Part shown: in pieces, positions 49,034 through 61,810 of the stretch
Layout: every line of letters begins with the position of its first letter
How positions within the stretch are numbered: the first letter of the stretch is position 1
NCBI RefSeq assembly: GCF_006345805.1
Contig: NW_021833635.1
Coordinates: 2,656 to 66,655 of the forward strand
Reading direction: 5' to 3'
DNA length: 64,000 nucleotides
From: Octopus sinensis
Taxonomy: Eukaryota
Program-made: the position numbers and the translations under genes
Notes under the pieces: model-generated
Databases searched by the model: none
Seen by the model: only the letters and a program-made list of their open reading frames with translations
What the model was told of the DNA's origin: nothing

Positions 49034-49452
49034 CTAATATATTATATATATATTTTATAGAAGGAGCTTCTACGGATAGAACTGTTTCATTCAAAAGAAA
49101 TCATCAGGAATCTCCTGATGATTTCTTTTGAATGAAACAGTTCTAGTCCTGTAGAAGCTCCTTCTATAAAATAAATTAATTACTCTGCTATGTATTGAGT
49201 ACCTTATTTACTGTGGTTAACCCCGACACTCAACCCGGGACCTACACATATATATTATAATATATATATATATATATATACATGTATACGACTGGCTTCT
49301 TTCAGTTTCCGTCTACCAAATCCACTCACAAGACTTTGTCGGCCCGAGGCTATACTAGAAGACACTGGCCCAAGGTGCCACACAGTAGGGCTGAACCCGG
49401 AACCATATGGTTGGTAAGAAAGCTATTTTACCACACAGCCACTCCCGCGCCT
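48805..49452 (-). mobile_element. SINE family A with a hairpin insert in its microsatellite
   Basis: 3' half 48805-48960, 5' half 49285-49452. Confidence 0.83.
49051..49173. repeat. Near-perfect 123-bp hairpin with 3-nt loop
   Basis: Arms TATTTTATAGAAGGAGCTTCTAC...AGAAATCATCAGGA around loop ATC (49110-49112). Confidence 0.92.
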
Positions 49453-49697
49453 AAGTATACATGAAAGTATAACGAGCTGCCCTTGAGCGAGTTTCTACTT
49501 TCATTACTGATAGATGAAACTGGAAGCCTTGGGTCGTAACATCTGATTAGGGAGCAATGCATTGGCTTAATATGTTTGATCGTACGTCTTTTGAATGGCG
49601 ACTGGTCTGGTGTTAAACAACGATTACAACAAAAACAATAATATTTCATTTTGGATTTGCAAGATTCTTTATATGAGTTCGTGTGTTGAGGCATATT

Positions 49698-50013
49698 CTG
49701 TTGTGTTTGGGGAGAGTCATTCTCTTTTAGTGCCTTATAATGTAACACACTCACCGGTAAAATTTCCACTTATTTCTTATTTTTATTTTCCTAAAATTTT
49801 CGTTGCGTCTTGCAACCTTTTCAATAGTCTTGATAATGAATAAATAAAAAGGAAAGCAATGTAAATAACGGACAGAGTCAAGACTATTGAAAAGGTTGCA
49901 AGACACAACGAAAATTTTAGGAAAATAAAAATAAGAAATAAGTGGAAATTTTACCGGTGAGTGTGTTACATTATAAGGCACTAAAAGAAAATTACTTTCC
50001 CTAGACACAACAG
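49698..50013. repeat. 110-bp inverted repeat with 44-bp spacer
   Basis: 49724-49833 versus 49878-49987 (one mismatch seen), with imperfect extension outward. Confidence 0.92.
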
Positions 50014-50274
50014 AAAAACAATTATGGGAACAATAAATAATAATAGCATCTGATAAGACGTTAATGAGCGAGTATAGCATCTAGTGTTCGCATGACTTGC
50101 TAGAAACAACAACTAAATCTCCTCCGGATCAAAGCCACGTTCATCGTCTTCGGAAAAAGGACACGCTCGATGATATATTCCCAAACACTAAGTGAGAAGA
50201 ATAGGAACCTGGAAAGAATTTTCATATCTGAGCTCTTTTACAACTGACCTGGTGTTAAACAGCAACTGACCGAA

Positions 50275-50514
50275 GTTAACGTGGTCTTTTCCGTAGGCTT
50301 TTCTTTCTACAGATAAACCGTATCTACTTCCCCCTTTACACTTTACATCATGACAATTCTGTGATACACGATCCCTATTGATGGTTTTTTTTTTTCCCTT
50401 TTACGACCCCTTTTGATCGAAAACCTACCCCACTTTTTTTACTCCCCTAAAAGAAAAGCTCTACTTTGTAATTTGTCCCGTCTGTGTGCAGCCCTGTGTG
50501 TCTAATAAAGAAAC
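50275..50514 (+). mobile_element. Tx1 second-family 3'UTR fragment
   Basis: Matches 15853-16173; ends CCCTGTGTGTCTAATAAAGAAA. Confidence 0.82.
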
Positions 50515-50984
50515 AGGGAAACCTATATCAACGAATGTAATAAAAAACAAAATATAGCTATAAAGGCAAAAGCCGTTTATTATAATCAATTTGAGAAACA
50601 GCCTTTTAGATAACAACAACCAGTTGATAACATTGAGTGTATGTTATAACAACATCTTGAGTTTGTTTAATACCCAGGACCCACTCTCGCATAAGACAAA
50701 GCCCCTATTTATTTTTGTAACAAAAACAAATTTAATGCTCCATCATAAACCCATACACTCGATATCCCATCCGTAATACGGTTGCATTAAACGCATGGCA
50801 ATTATTTGTTACATTTAAGAATAAAAAAAAGCGCGTCTTATTCACCTCATACAACCATTCATTAACATTATCCCGGATCATAATTACTGACTTCCGACTT
50901 CCGCTGTTATAGCTTCCTACTGTACAGTATTTTGTCATTTCAGTTAATAGCACTGAAGGTATCAAGCTAATAGATTTAAAGTTG

Positions 50985-51243
50985 GTCTTTACTATTTTAC
51001 TCTTTTACTTGTTTCAGTCATTTTGACTGCGGCCATGCTGGAGCACCCCCTTTAGTCGAGCAAATCGACCTCGGGACTTATTCTTTTTTATAAGCCCAGT
51101 GCTTATTCTATCGGTCTTTTTTGCCGAACCGCTAAGTGACGGGGACGTAAACACACCAGCATCGGTTGTCAAGCAATGCTAGGGGGACAAACACAGAACA
51201 CACAAACACAGACAACAAAACACATACATACATATATAAATAT

Positions 51244-51277
<34 letters not shown>

Positions 51278-51438
51278 ACGACAGGCTTCTTCAGTTTCCG
51301 TCTACCAAATCCACTCACAAGGCATTGGTCGGCCCGGGGCTATAGTAGAAGACACTTGCTCAAGATGCCACGCAGTGGGAATGAACCCGGAACCATGTGG
51401 TTGGTTAGCAAGCTACTTACCACACAGCCACTCCTGCG
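50985..51438 (-). mobile_element. SINE family A
   Basis: Consensus match. Confidence 0.88.
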
Positions 51439-52949
51439 GTCATGTTTTTCACCAAGTCAATTGTAAATGAGACACTCAAGGCAGGACAAGGGAAATATAT
51501 TGCACATACCGTTAATCGCAAAGATTGGTTAACGAAAAGAATTAAATAATTTATTGTAATTTTCCTTCTTTCAATTATCCTTTCTGCTCCATCGGATTAT
51601 CGAACGACCCTTGGTGACCTCTTTGACAAGTACTGAGTGCTTGTCATAGAATCTTAATGAGAGAATAGAAAGATGGTTTTCTGTTAACCTCCTTTTTCAC
51701 AAGACACCATTTTGTTTGTTACATCAGCCTAGGCACTCTAAAAGTTAACAGAACGATACACTGGATAGTGTCTTGTCTAGAACTCAATCTCGCCAAAATA
51801 CCGCCCTAGAGTGGTAATTTATAGACCACGGAGAAATGAATGGCAAATTTGACAATTGTAGAATTTGAAACCGCAAGATAAAGAGCTAGATCAATCTACG
51901 GTATAGCACTTTGTCCAATGCTTTGAGAATCCCGCTATTACAACACAATGGGGTGGTATTTTATTGAATAATAATCACCTTTTGTTTGTTTGAGAATTAT
52001 TGCTTGATAATGTAAATGTGAGCGACTTAATGTGTAAGGAACGACGGATAGTTTCCTGGCTTAGAGCTTTGTACGGCTTTAAGTGTTGTGAAATTTTTAA
52101 ATAATATCTCTGATAGCACCAGGTAACTGTATCTCGCAAATAAATAAATACATTTTCAACGCTTTGCACAATTAGGAAGCAAACAAATATTTATATATAT
52201 CAGGATATTAAGTATCAACAAAGTTTTCAGAGAAAAAGCAATTTTGATGTGTCAGTCAAGACTACTTGATAAATCATAAATTTAGAAAGGAGATTTCCCT
52301 GGAGTCACGACTCATTATTGATAGAAATACATAAATATCTATTTATCTTAAAGTCAGACTAAAATTGTTGTCATATTTAGTAGCACAGCCAGACTATAAT
52401 TGATGTCATCGTAAGTAGCACAAGAAAATTTTATAACTCCCAAACCATTACCCATTAAATAAAAAAAAAAAGAAACAAATTTTTATTTAATACTAATTGT
52501 GTATACACATGAATTACATTTACAATAAATTAATATGGTGATTATTGGAAATACTTCACAATAGATTACTGAACACATTTTCTGAACGCAAACATATTTA
52601 AACTTAATAAGTTTAGCCCCACGGCAGTACTGACCGTGCATATGATATTTTATTCGTGACCATCCTGTCTGTAATTTAAATAGACATTCCTTTTTATAAG
52701 AGAATAAATTGTGACATGAGGGAATATGACGTGCGAGAATGTAGAGGCCCATTCGTTGGCTTCTAGACTTAAACGCCCTATTACTATTCTTGGTTTCTAA
52801 GAGAGAAGAAATATTTTTATGGATAAAGTTTCATCAGTGGATAAGACTGTCACACCGCACACACTGTCTGCCGTCTGTATGACTCTTTTTCTTTTACTTC
52901 ATTCAGTTCTCCCTCTTGCTCTCCGGTTTTCCCAGCATAATTTCATATT

Positions 52950-53110
52950 CCGGATAGAAGAAATTAAACACAATTCAGCAGTAGGACCTGATAGGTTCCC
53001 TGCTTGTGTCCCAAAGGTGTGTCGACATCAACTTGCACCTCCTCTTGCTAATCTGTGGAGGAAATCACTGGATACTGGCTATATTCCTAAGAACTTCCTG
53101 TACCAGAGCG
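52950..53110 (+). pseudogene. CR1/L2-type RT N-terminal fragment
   Basis: IKHNSAVGPDRFPACVPKVCRHQLAPPLANLWRKSLDTGYIP. Confidence 0.72.
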
Positions 53111-53325
53111 GGATGGGTTACCCGACATGTAAAAAATTCTAACTGGGCCCCACCGTCAAAGTCATGCGCTGTCTATCTTGAGATGAGATCATTATGTCGC
53201 ACACTTATGATTGTGATGCATGTGCCTGGTGTACCCTTATCAGACGGGTAGTCATGATGGTGTACTGGGCTTCGTATATTTTACCCCAGTGTCATGCACT
53301 GCTCTCTCACTCAATAATAATAATG

Positions 53326-53387
<62 letters not shown>

Positions 53388-53845
53388 AATAACAACAACA
53401 ACAATAATAATGGTTTCATAAATTTTAGATTAACATACCAAATGTAACAGCAGCTCAAAGAATGCCTGTGAAAATATAACGTTATCGCAATGAATGTAGT
53501 TAAAAAGGATCTATAAATACAGGTTTGGGTGATGTATCACGGTTGATGCTCAACCCTAAAGACCATCACAACAGGTAGGAGCAACGGAAGAAAATGCACC
53601 CAGGATACTGGCTATATTCCTAAGAACTTCCTGTACCAGAGCGGGATGGGTTACCCGACATGTAAAAAATTCTAACTGGGCCCCACCGTCAAAGTCATGC
53701 GCTGTCTATCTTGAGATGAGATCATTATGTCGCACACTTATGATTGTGATGCATGTGCCTGGTGTACCCTTATCAGACGGGTAGTCATGATGGTGTACTG
53801 GGCTTCGTATATTTTACCCCAGTGTCATGCACTGCTCTCTCACTC

Positions 53846-53892
<47 letters not shown>

Positions 53893-54120
53893 TAATAATA
53901 ATAATAATAACAACAACAACAATAATAATGGTTTCATAAATTTTAGATTAACATACCAAATGTAACAGCAGCTCAAAGAATGCCTGTGAAAATATAACGT
54001 TACCGCAATGAATGTAGTTAAAAAGGATCTATAAATACAGGTTTGGGTGATGTATCACGGTTGATGCTCAACCCTAAAGACCATCACAACAGGTAGGAGC
54101 AACGGAAGAAAATGCACCCA
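53070..54120 (+). repeat. Tandem duplication of about 520-530 bp
   Basis: 53070-53602 and 53603-54120 differ mainly in (AAT)n length and about one substitution. Confidence 0.95.
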
Positions 54121-54149
54121 GGACACAACTATGTACTTAACCTTGTATA

Positions 54150-55000
54150 TCCTTCCCCATCCTAACTTACTTTTTCAAGTGAAGCTCGGAAAAGATGATG
54201 AGGGTTTGGCCAAAACGGAAGGTGTCTGCCTTTAAACCTTTAATCTGGTCCGTCACAACATTATTCGCTACAGCCACTAGATTTATAAACACTGTTTTTC
54301 CTTCTCTGTCAAGGAAAGGTGACTTAACGATGTTTACAATAGACTCAGCTAATAGCTGGATCGGTCCTACACGTGACAGCAGGTGATCGACATAACTTCG
54401 CAAGTGAGCAATACTTCGGCCCGCCCTACGCAAGTGCGTGCGGAACAGCTTCGTCGCTCTGCATTCATCTCGGTCAGCCCGACTGACTGCATTCCATATC
54501 TGTAGACGTTATCTCTGCCTAGCAATGACAGTTAAGATACTTCTGGAAATTGTTCATGGGTTCCTCTCCAGAATAGAACACTGAGTTAATTCTCATCGAG
54601 GCCCAGGGTCTCCGGTGTATATCGTCACTCTTGCCCACCACCAATCTCCCACTGAACCCCATGGTGGAGCTTCTACTGATTGCAAGGCACGACTGTTGGG
54701 GGATTATGAGCATCTGATGACACCTCAGGCGCCAAGTGCTATATCCCAGCCTATGCTTGATCCAGAACTGCAACAAAGAGGCGAGCTGTGAAGAATTTGA
54801 ATCTGCCAAACATTGATCTAACCTGGTCATCGTCAAGGAAACGCATATGTTACTGTGTAATGTCTGCGCATCATTAGCCGCGGTACGACCAGTCTTCCGT
54901 GCAGCGAATGTCGACAGGAAATACCTCTCTGATCAGTAGAACAGGTTTCATCCACAGAAAGTGGAAGAACAATGGCTTTGAACATATTCTGGGATATGCT
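54150..55000 (-). pseudogene. Tx1-clade ORF2 C-terminal fragment, degenerate
   Basis: LFFHFLWMKPVLLIR, PRLMMRRH, YVDHLLSRVGPIQLLAESIVNIV; homologous to 14900-15777. Confidence 0.8.
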
Positions 55001-55020
55001 AATCTACAAATACAACGATA

Positions 55021-55420
55021 TCGGCGTAGCAGTGGCTGTGTGGTAAGTAGCTTGCTTACGAACTTCATGGTTCCGGGTTCAGTCCCACTGCGTGGTACCT
55101 TGGTCAAGTGTCTTCTACTATAGCCTCGGGCCGACCATAGCCTTGTGAGTGGATTTGGTAGAAGGAAACTGAAAAGAAGCCCGTCGTATATATGTATGTA
55201 TATATATGTATGTGTGTGTGTATATGTTTGTGTGTTTGTGTTTGTCTCCCCAACATCGCTTGACAACCGATGGTGGTGTGTTTATGCCCCCATAACCTAG
55301 CGGTTCGGCAAAAGATGCCGATAGAATGAGTACTAGGCTTACAAAGAATAAGTCCTGGGGTCGATTTACTCGACTGAAGGCGGTGCTCCAGCATGGTCAC
55401 AGTCAAATGACTGAAACAAG
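55021..55420 (+). mobile_element. SINE family A
   Basis: Consensus match. Confidence 0.88.
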
Positions 55421-55965
55421 AATTGACCCAATATAAAAATCAAGAAATTTCGACAACTAGAATGTACGGGTTGAAAACAAGCAATCCGTATTATAGTAGC
55501 TGTTAAGGAAATGATTTAAAAAATATGTTGATGAAACCCCAGAATTTACACATTGTACAAATATGACTTCAGTACATTCAACACAAAAGGAAGCATTAAA
55601 CCAAAATGGAAGTATTGACCAATAATGCATACAGCTGTGCTCTACTGTGTAGTGAAAGCAAGCAATTAAAATAAAACTACTGAAAAACAAGTTACGATGA
55701 GCATAAAAAAGACCTCTTTTTATCGTGACCGATTGTGGCCTCATGTAGTTCAGAGAGGTGATGACGTATGGTGTATGACAGTAATTCGGTTACACGTGTT
55801 GCCAAAGGCTAATATAATCCTTGTAAGATGGTGAAGTAATTTACACGTAGATAGTTATAAATTGTTGTTGCTGTTGTTGGTTAGCTCAAGGACAGCTGTT
55901 ACAAAGCAAACCTATGTTCGACACCAATCAAGCCATAATCCTTCTGCTTTCTTCTTTTTATTCAA

Positions 55966-56366
55966 TACTAACTGTATCGCCCGGCGTTGCTCGGGTTTGT
56001 AAGGGAAATAACTATACAGCATTTTTAGAGAGTTATAGCCAAAAAATAGCAAAAAAAAATGCATTAAAAATGGAAAAAAAATGATGGTAAATTTTTTTAA
56101 AAATCGTTGACTCATCGTAGACATTTTTAGAGAGTTACTTCCCTTATATAATAGCGAAAAAAATGCATTAAAATGGAAAAAATGATGGTAATTTTTTTTT
56201 AAATCGTAGACTCATCGTAGACGCGCGCTAATAGCCAGAAGGGCTCGATATAAATCACGACTATAAGATACCCAGTTTTGGTTACACTGCACCGCAAAAT
56301 GTGGGAGTAGTTAGGAATCTAAATCGTAGGAGACAGACACACAACTTCACTTTTATATATAAAGAT
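55966..56366 (+). mobile_element. Helitron/Helentron-type non-autonomous element with internal about 100-bp duplication
   Basis: Starts TACTAACTGTATCGCCCGGCGTTGCTCGGG, ends TTTTATATATAAAGAT; a related terminus lies at 60370-60412 (minus). Confidence 0.55.
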
Positions 56367-56400
56367 ATATGTTTAATACACTCTTGTATTTTTTTGTTGT

Positions 56401-57152
56401 TGCCTTTTTCAAGCCTAGCCAGGATCATGGACCTGGTTTCCCGGTTTCTGTGGCGTATGTGTTCCCCTCCCCCCCAGCAGGACAGGACGCCAATCCATCG
56501 CAGCGTTACTCAAGAAACAGGAAGAGTGAGTGAGAGAAAGTTGTAGCGAAAGACTACAACAGGGGTCGCCACCACTCCCTGCCGGAGTTTCGTGGAACTT
56601 TTAGGTGTTTTCGTTCAATAAACACACACAATATCTGATACTTATTTCTTTATTACCCACAAGGGGCTAAACATAGAGGGGACAAACAAGGACAGACATA
56701 GGTATTAAGTCGATTACATCGACCCAGTGCGTAACTGGTACTTATTTAATCGACCCCGAAAGGATGAAAGGCAAAGTCGACCTCGGCGGAATTTGAACTC
56801 AGAACGTAAAGACAGACAAAATACCTATTTCTTTATTACCCACAAGGGGCTAAATATAGAGGGGACAAACAAGGACAGACATAGGTATTAAGTCGATTAC
56901 ATCGACCCCAGTGCGTAACTGGTACTTAATTTATCGACCCCGAAAGGATGAAAGGCAAAGTCGACCTCGGCGGAATTTGAACTCACAACGTAACGGCAGA
57001 CGAAATACCGCTAAGCATTTCGCCCGACAAAATACCGTTAAACATTTCGCCCGACGTGCTAACGTATCTGCCAGCTCACCGGTTTGGGAATCGATACCGC
57101 GATCCTCCGACCGCGAGTCCGCTGCCTTAACCACTGGGCCATTGCGCCTCCA
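56401..57152 (-). mobile_element. Chimeric SINE (family C head, family D tail) hosting a two-unit SINE B array
   Basis: C head 57080-57152, B array 56640-57078, C body 56511-56630, D tail 56401-56510. Confidence 0.78.
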
Positions 57153-57569
57153 CACTCTTGTATTAGTTAATATTTTTAAGACGCCTGATTATGATTTAAG
57201 GGATGCTGGCTACTATTCCTAGTTAGTTGAGTGAATACGCAGTGGTATTTCGTTTTGGTGGAAATCGTAGATGTAAAATGCCGCTGTTGTTATTGGTGTT
57301 GTTGTTGTTGTTGTTGTTGAGATCTAGTTGAACTCTTATCAAGTAAACTCATAATGAAAGGCGTTCCATTTGAGACCATCTCATCTCTGAATATCCTCTA
57401 ATTTTGCATATTTAGAAATGAAAGATCTAATCCGGATGGGATCCGGATTAGATGTGATCTAATAATCTCTTTCACTCAAGGGATTTGGCTCCTATTTCTT
57501 ACAAGTTGATCAGTTTACTAGAAGCTTTTTAGTAACAGTTTACACTAGTATGAAGAAACAAATGCATTC

Positions 57570-57943
57570 TACATTATTTACATTTGACGGATATTCGTCC
57601 TCATCTTGTTTGTTATTAACACAACGTTTCAGCTGATATACCCTCCAGCCTTCATCAGGTGTCTCGGTGAAATTTCAAACCTGGGTTCTCATTACTAAGG
57701 TATTTTTCGATGTTATTTTATTATTATTATTATTATTATTATTATCATTCTTCTTCTTCTTCTTCTTTTCTTCTTCTTCTTCTTCTTCTTCTTCTCTTCT
57801 TCTTCTCCTCCTCCTCCTCCTCCTCCTCCTCATCATCATCATCATCATCATCATCACCACCACCATCATCATTATCGTAATTATTATTTTTATTATTATC
57901 ATTATTATTATTATTGTTATTATTATTGTTGTTATTATTATTG

Positions 57944-58014
<71 letters not shown>

Positions 58015-58088
58015 TCACTGCTGCCTGGAATCGAACTCGGAATCTTGGGGTTAGTAGCCCGCGCTCTTAACCACTACACCATATGCCC
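57570..58088 (-). mobile_element. SINE family H, complete
   Basis: Head 58011-58088 (TGGTGTAGTGG, GTTCGATTCC), mixed trinucleotide array 57715-58010, hammerhead module 57570-57714. Confidence 0.82.
57618..57663 (-). ncRNA. Minimal type I hammerhead ribozyme
   Basis: GACAC-CTGATGA-A-GGCTG gagggtatat CAGCT-GAAA-CG-TT-GTGTT. Confidence 0.8.
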
Positions 58089-58284
58089 GTTACATTTCCA
58101 TTGCAGAAAAGTATGTTCACCACAACTTCCCAATGTCTCATTCTCTAAAAGAGACCGGTATTGTGCTTATATAACTATCTCTATCTTTCCTACACACAAT
58201 AGAGAGCTGCAACATCCTCAGTACATTGTTTGATATTTTTTTTTTCTGAGAAATACTTAAATTAGGCAATATATTATTGCATTA

Positions 58285-58668
58285 TTTTACTTGTTTCAGT
58301 CATTTGATTGCGGCCCAGCTGAAGCACCGCTTTGAAGTATATTAGTCGAACAAATCGACCCCAGGACTTATTCTTTGTAAGCCTAGTACTTATTCTATCG
58401 GTCTCTTTGCCGAACCGTTATATTACGGGGACGTAAACACACCAACACCAGTTGTCAAGCAGTGATGGGGGAACAATCGCAGACACAAAGACACACACAC
58501 ACATATTTATACGAAGGGCTTCTTTCAGTTTCCGCCTACCAAATCCACACACAAAGCTTTGGTCGGCCAGAGGCTATAGCAGAAGACATTTGCCCACGGT
58601 ACAACGCAGTGAGTTTGAACCCTGGACCATGTGACTGGGAAGCAATCTTCTTACCATAAGCCACGCCA
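58285..58668 (-). mobile_element. SINE family A, diverged
   Basis: Consensus match. Confidence 0.8.
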
Positions 58669-58687
58669 TACATATAATTTCATTCAA

Positions 58688-59075
58688 TAACCAACCACAT
58701 GGTTCCGGGTTCGGTCCCACTGCGTGGCATCTTGGGCAAGTGTCTTCTGCTATAGCCCCGGGCCGACCAATGCCTTGTGAGTGGATTTGGTAGACGGAAA
58801 CTGAAAGAAGCCCGTCGTATATATGTATATATATGTATATGCGTGTGTGCGTTTGTGTGTCTGGGTTTGTCCCCCTAGCATTGCTTGACAACCGATGCTG
58901 GTGTGTTTATGTCCCCGTTACTTAGCGGTTCGGCAAAAGAGAGACCGATAGAATAAGTACTGGGCTTCCAAAAGAATAATTCCCAGGGTCGATATGCTCG
59001 ATTAAAGGCGGTGCTCCAGCATGGCCGCAGTCAAATGAATGAAACAAGTAAAAGAGTAAAGAGAGTAAAGAGTAT
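58688..59075 (+). mobile_element. SINE family A
   Basis: Consensus match, head slightly truncated. Confidence 0.88.
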
Positions 59076-59950
59076 ATATTTAGCCTTGATTTTGGTATTC
59101 TGAGAAGAACATGTGAGTCTGACAACTGAAGTGTTGTGCTTTCTGCTGACTTGGATCTTATTCAGTTCTGGTGCAGTAATTGTTTATCGAGCGCATATTG
59201 CTAAATCAATTCGGTTGCGTGTTCTTGACTACAACGAAGCTAAATGAGATACAGCAAGGTCGAAAATGCAATATTTTTCGTTATTAGAATCGTATGTTCT
59301 GTAGGGGTTATAACACCAAAGTTGCTTTAAGGTAAGGTTAATCATTTCTATCAAACTACAATCTCCATCTCTTGGCGGAAAAACCATTCAGACAGCAAAA
59401 CATAGAACGAACATTGGAACTACAATTATATTTTTCAGTGTGAATATTGCTTCAAAATCAACTCAGATATTTTCGAATTCGTGACTAATAAATTAGTTTT
59501 ATGATAGTAATCGCAGAATTAGTTCCTTAATCAACATTTTAGAAGTTTGTCGATAAATAAAAGTACAATAGTAGGTTTAACGCGAGGAGTGAAAAGGTAA
59601 ACTTTCGTAGACTTCTTTTTTGGAAAGAATAAAGAGATTTCATGAAAACAGTACAGGCGCTATTGGTTAAAATGTATTTCTACTCTTTCAAAACAAGTAT
59701 CCTAAAATATCTAATTTACTTTTTCAGTCTTCATGACAAACGAACTGCTATATGCCTGATTTTGAACTGTTATATACATATACATACATACTCACACATA
59801 CACACACACATATATATATATACACCTGTATATATGTATATATATATATACGTATATATGTATATACATATATATATATACGTATATATGTATATATATT
59901 TGCATATACATATATATATATATATATATACATATATACATATATATGCA

Positions 59951-59984
<34 letters not shown>

Positions 59985-60019
59985 TGTACAGATACACACA
60001 CACACACACATGTATATAC

Positions 60020-60099
60020 TATAGGCTCAGGCTGAACAAAGCCTTGTGAGGAGTGTATTTCGTACACAAAAACTGAAAGAAGACTGACGTATATATGTG

Positions 60100-60133
<34 letters not shown>

Positions 60134-60362
60134 GTGTATGTGTGTGTATGTGCATGTATGTGTGCCTGAGTTTTTAACCCCACCATCGCTTGACGGCCGA
60201 TGTTGCTGTGTTCACGCCCCCCGTAAACTAGCGGTTCGGCAAAAGACGCCGATAGAATAAGAGCTAGGCTTACAAAGAATGTATCCGGGAGTCGATTTGT
60301 TCAACTAAAGGCAGTGCTCCAGCATAGCCGCAGTCACATGAACGAAACGAATAAAACACTAA
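60020..60362 (+). mobile_element. SINE family A, 5'-truncated, diverged
   Basis: Body and tail match. Confidence 0.75.
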
Positions 60363-60415
60363 AAAGCGACGCCATTCTAATCCCGAGCAAAGCCGGGTAT
60401 ATCTGCTGGGTATTG

Positions 60416-60489
<74 letters not shown>

Positions 60490-60511
60490 TATATATATAT
60501 AAGTATATATA

Positions 60512-60920
60512 TAGGCGCAGGAGTGGCTGTGGTAAGTAGCTTGTTTACCAACCACATGGTTCCGGGTTCAGTCCGACTGCGTGGCACCTTGGGCAAGTGT
60601 CTTCTACTATAGCCTCGGGCCGACCAAAGCCTTGTGAGGGGATTTGGTAGACGGAAACTGAAAGAAGCCCGTCGTATATATATGTATATATATGCGTGTG
60701 TGTGTTTGTGTGTCTGTGTTTGTCCCCCTAGCATTGCTTAACAACCGATGCTGGTGTGTTTATGTCCCCGTTACCTAGCGGTTCGGCAAAAGAGACCGAT
60801 AGAATAAATACTGGGCTTACAAAAAGAATAAGTCCCGGGGTCGAGTTGCTCGATTAAAAGGCAGTGCTCCAGCATGGCCGCAGTCAAATGACTGAAACAA
60901 GTAAAAGAGTAAAAGAGGAT
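60512..60920 (+). mobile_element. SINE family A
   Basis: Consensus match. Confidence 0.88.
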
Positions 60921-61506
60921 ATATATATATTGATAACTTGTTTGGAATGGAACTAACTAGAGGCACCAGTTCCTATCGGCACAATTTAAGTTTGTGTTGC
61001 TCCACATTCTTGGAAATTATTATAACCATCCTCATCGTTCTAATAACGCTCGGTTTTGTTTCTCTAGTAAAACGACGTTATTAGTTTCTCAAGACACCGA
61101 TTATATAGGATGAGGAGGGATTGATGCTTTTGTTCAGTTAACAAGCCAAAAACATTGTCCTTAGATCTGTTTTCCTTAAATCCTTTATTATCTTGCAGAT
61201 TTAATCCTCAACAGTTTCTATGCTGAGGTGTCTGAATTAACTTAGATCTCCTATCTCGATTTCTTTCGATATCTCCGCGTACAATCTAAATATCGTATTA
61301 TATATGTAACTATAGCAAGATTTCCCGGTTAGGTCAGCGTACAGCCTTTTATCTTTCCAGCGGTCAGCCTCTTCTTTCTATGCTTCAGATAATATCGCGT
61401 TTTCAGTTCAATGGATATTTTTCTCTTCATTTCCAAATAACCCGAATATCTCTGGCTTTGGTCAAAGTGCGTCTCGTTACAACTTCGCTTCTCGTCCAGC
61501 AGTCAT

Positions 61507-61541
<35 letters not shown>

Positions 61542-61643
61542 TTCTTTTTCTCTCTCTCACTATCTTTCTCTCTCTTTTACTCTGTTTTTGTCTCTCCCTT
61601 TGTCACTTTGTTTCTGTTTTTCTGTCTCTCGTCGCTCTTTGTT

Positions 61644-61676
<33 letters not shown>

Positions 61677-61687
61677 TTCTCTCTGTC

Positions 61688-61722
<35 letters not shown>

Positions 61723-61765
61723 ATAATATATATATATACATAATATATATATATATATATATATA

Positions 61766-61810
<45 letters not shown>

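Noticed and set aside
49428-49769. GIY-YIG-like Cys peptide next to the inverted repeat
   Set aside because: Lacks the GIY and YIG motifs; similarity too weak.
58011-58088. Functional tRNA genes (also other SINE heads)
   Set aside because: A and B boxes are present, but no proper acceptor stem or T-run terminator; they continue into SINE bodies.
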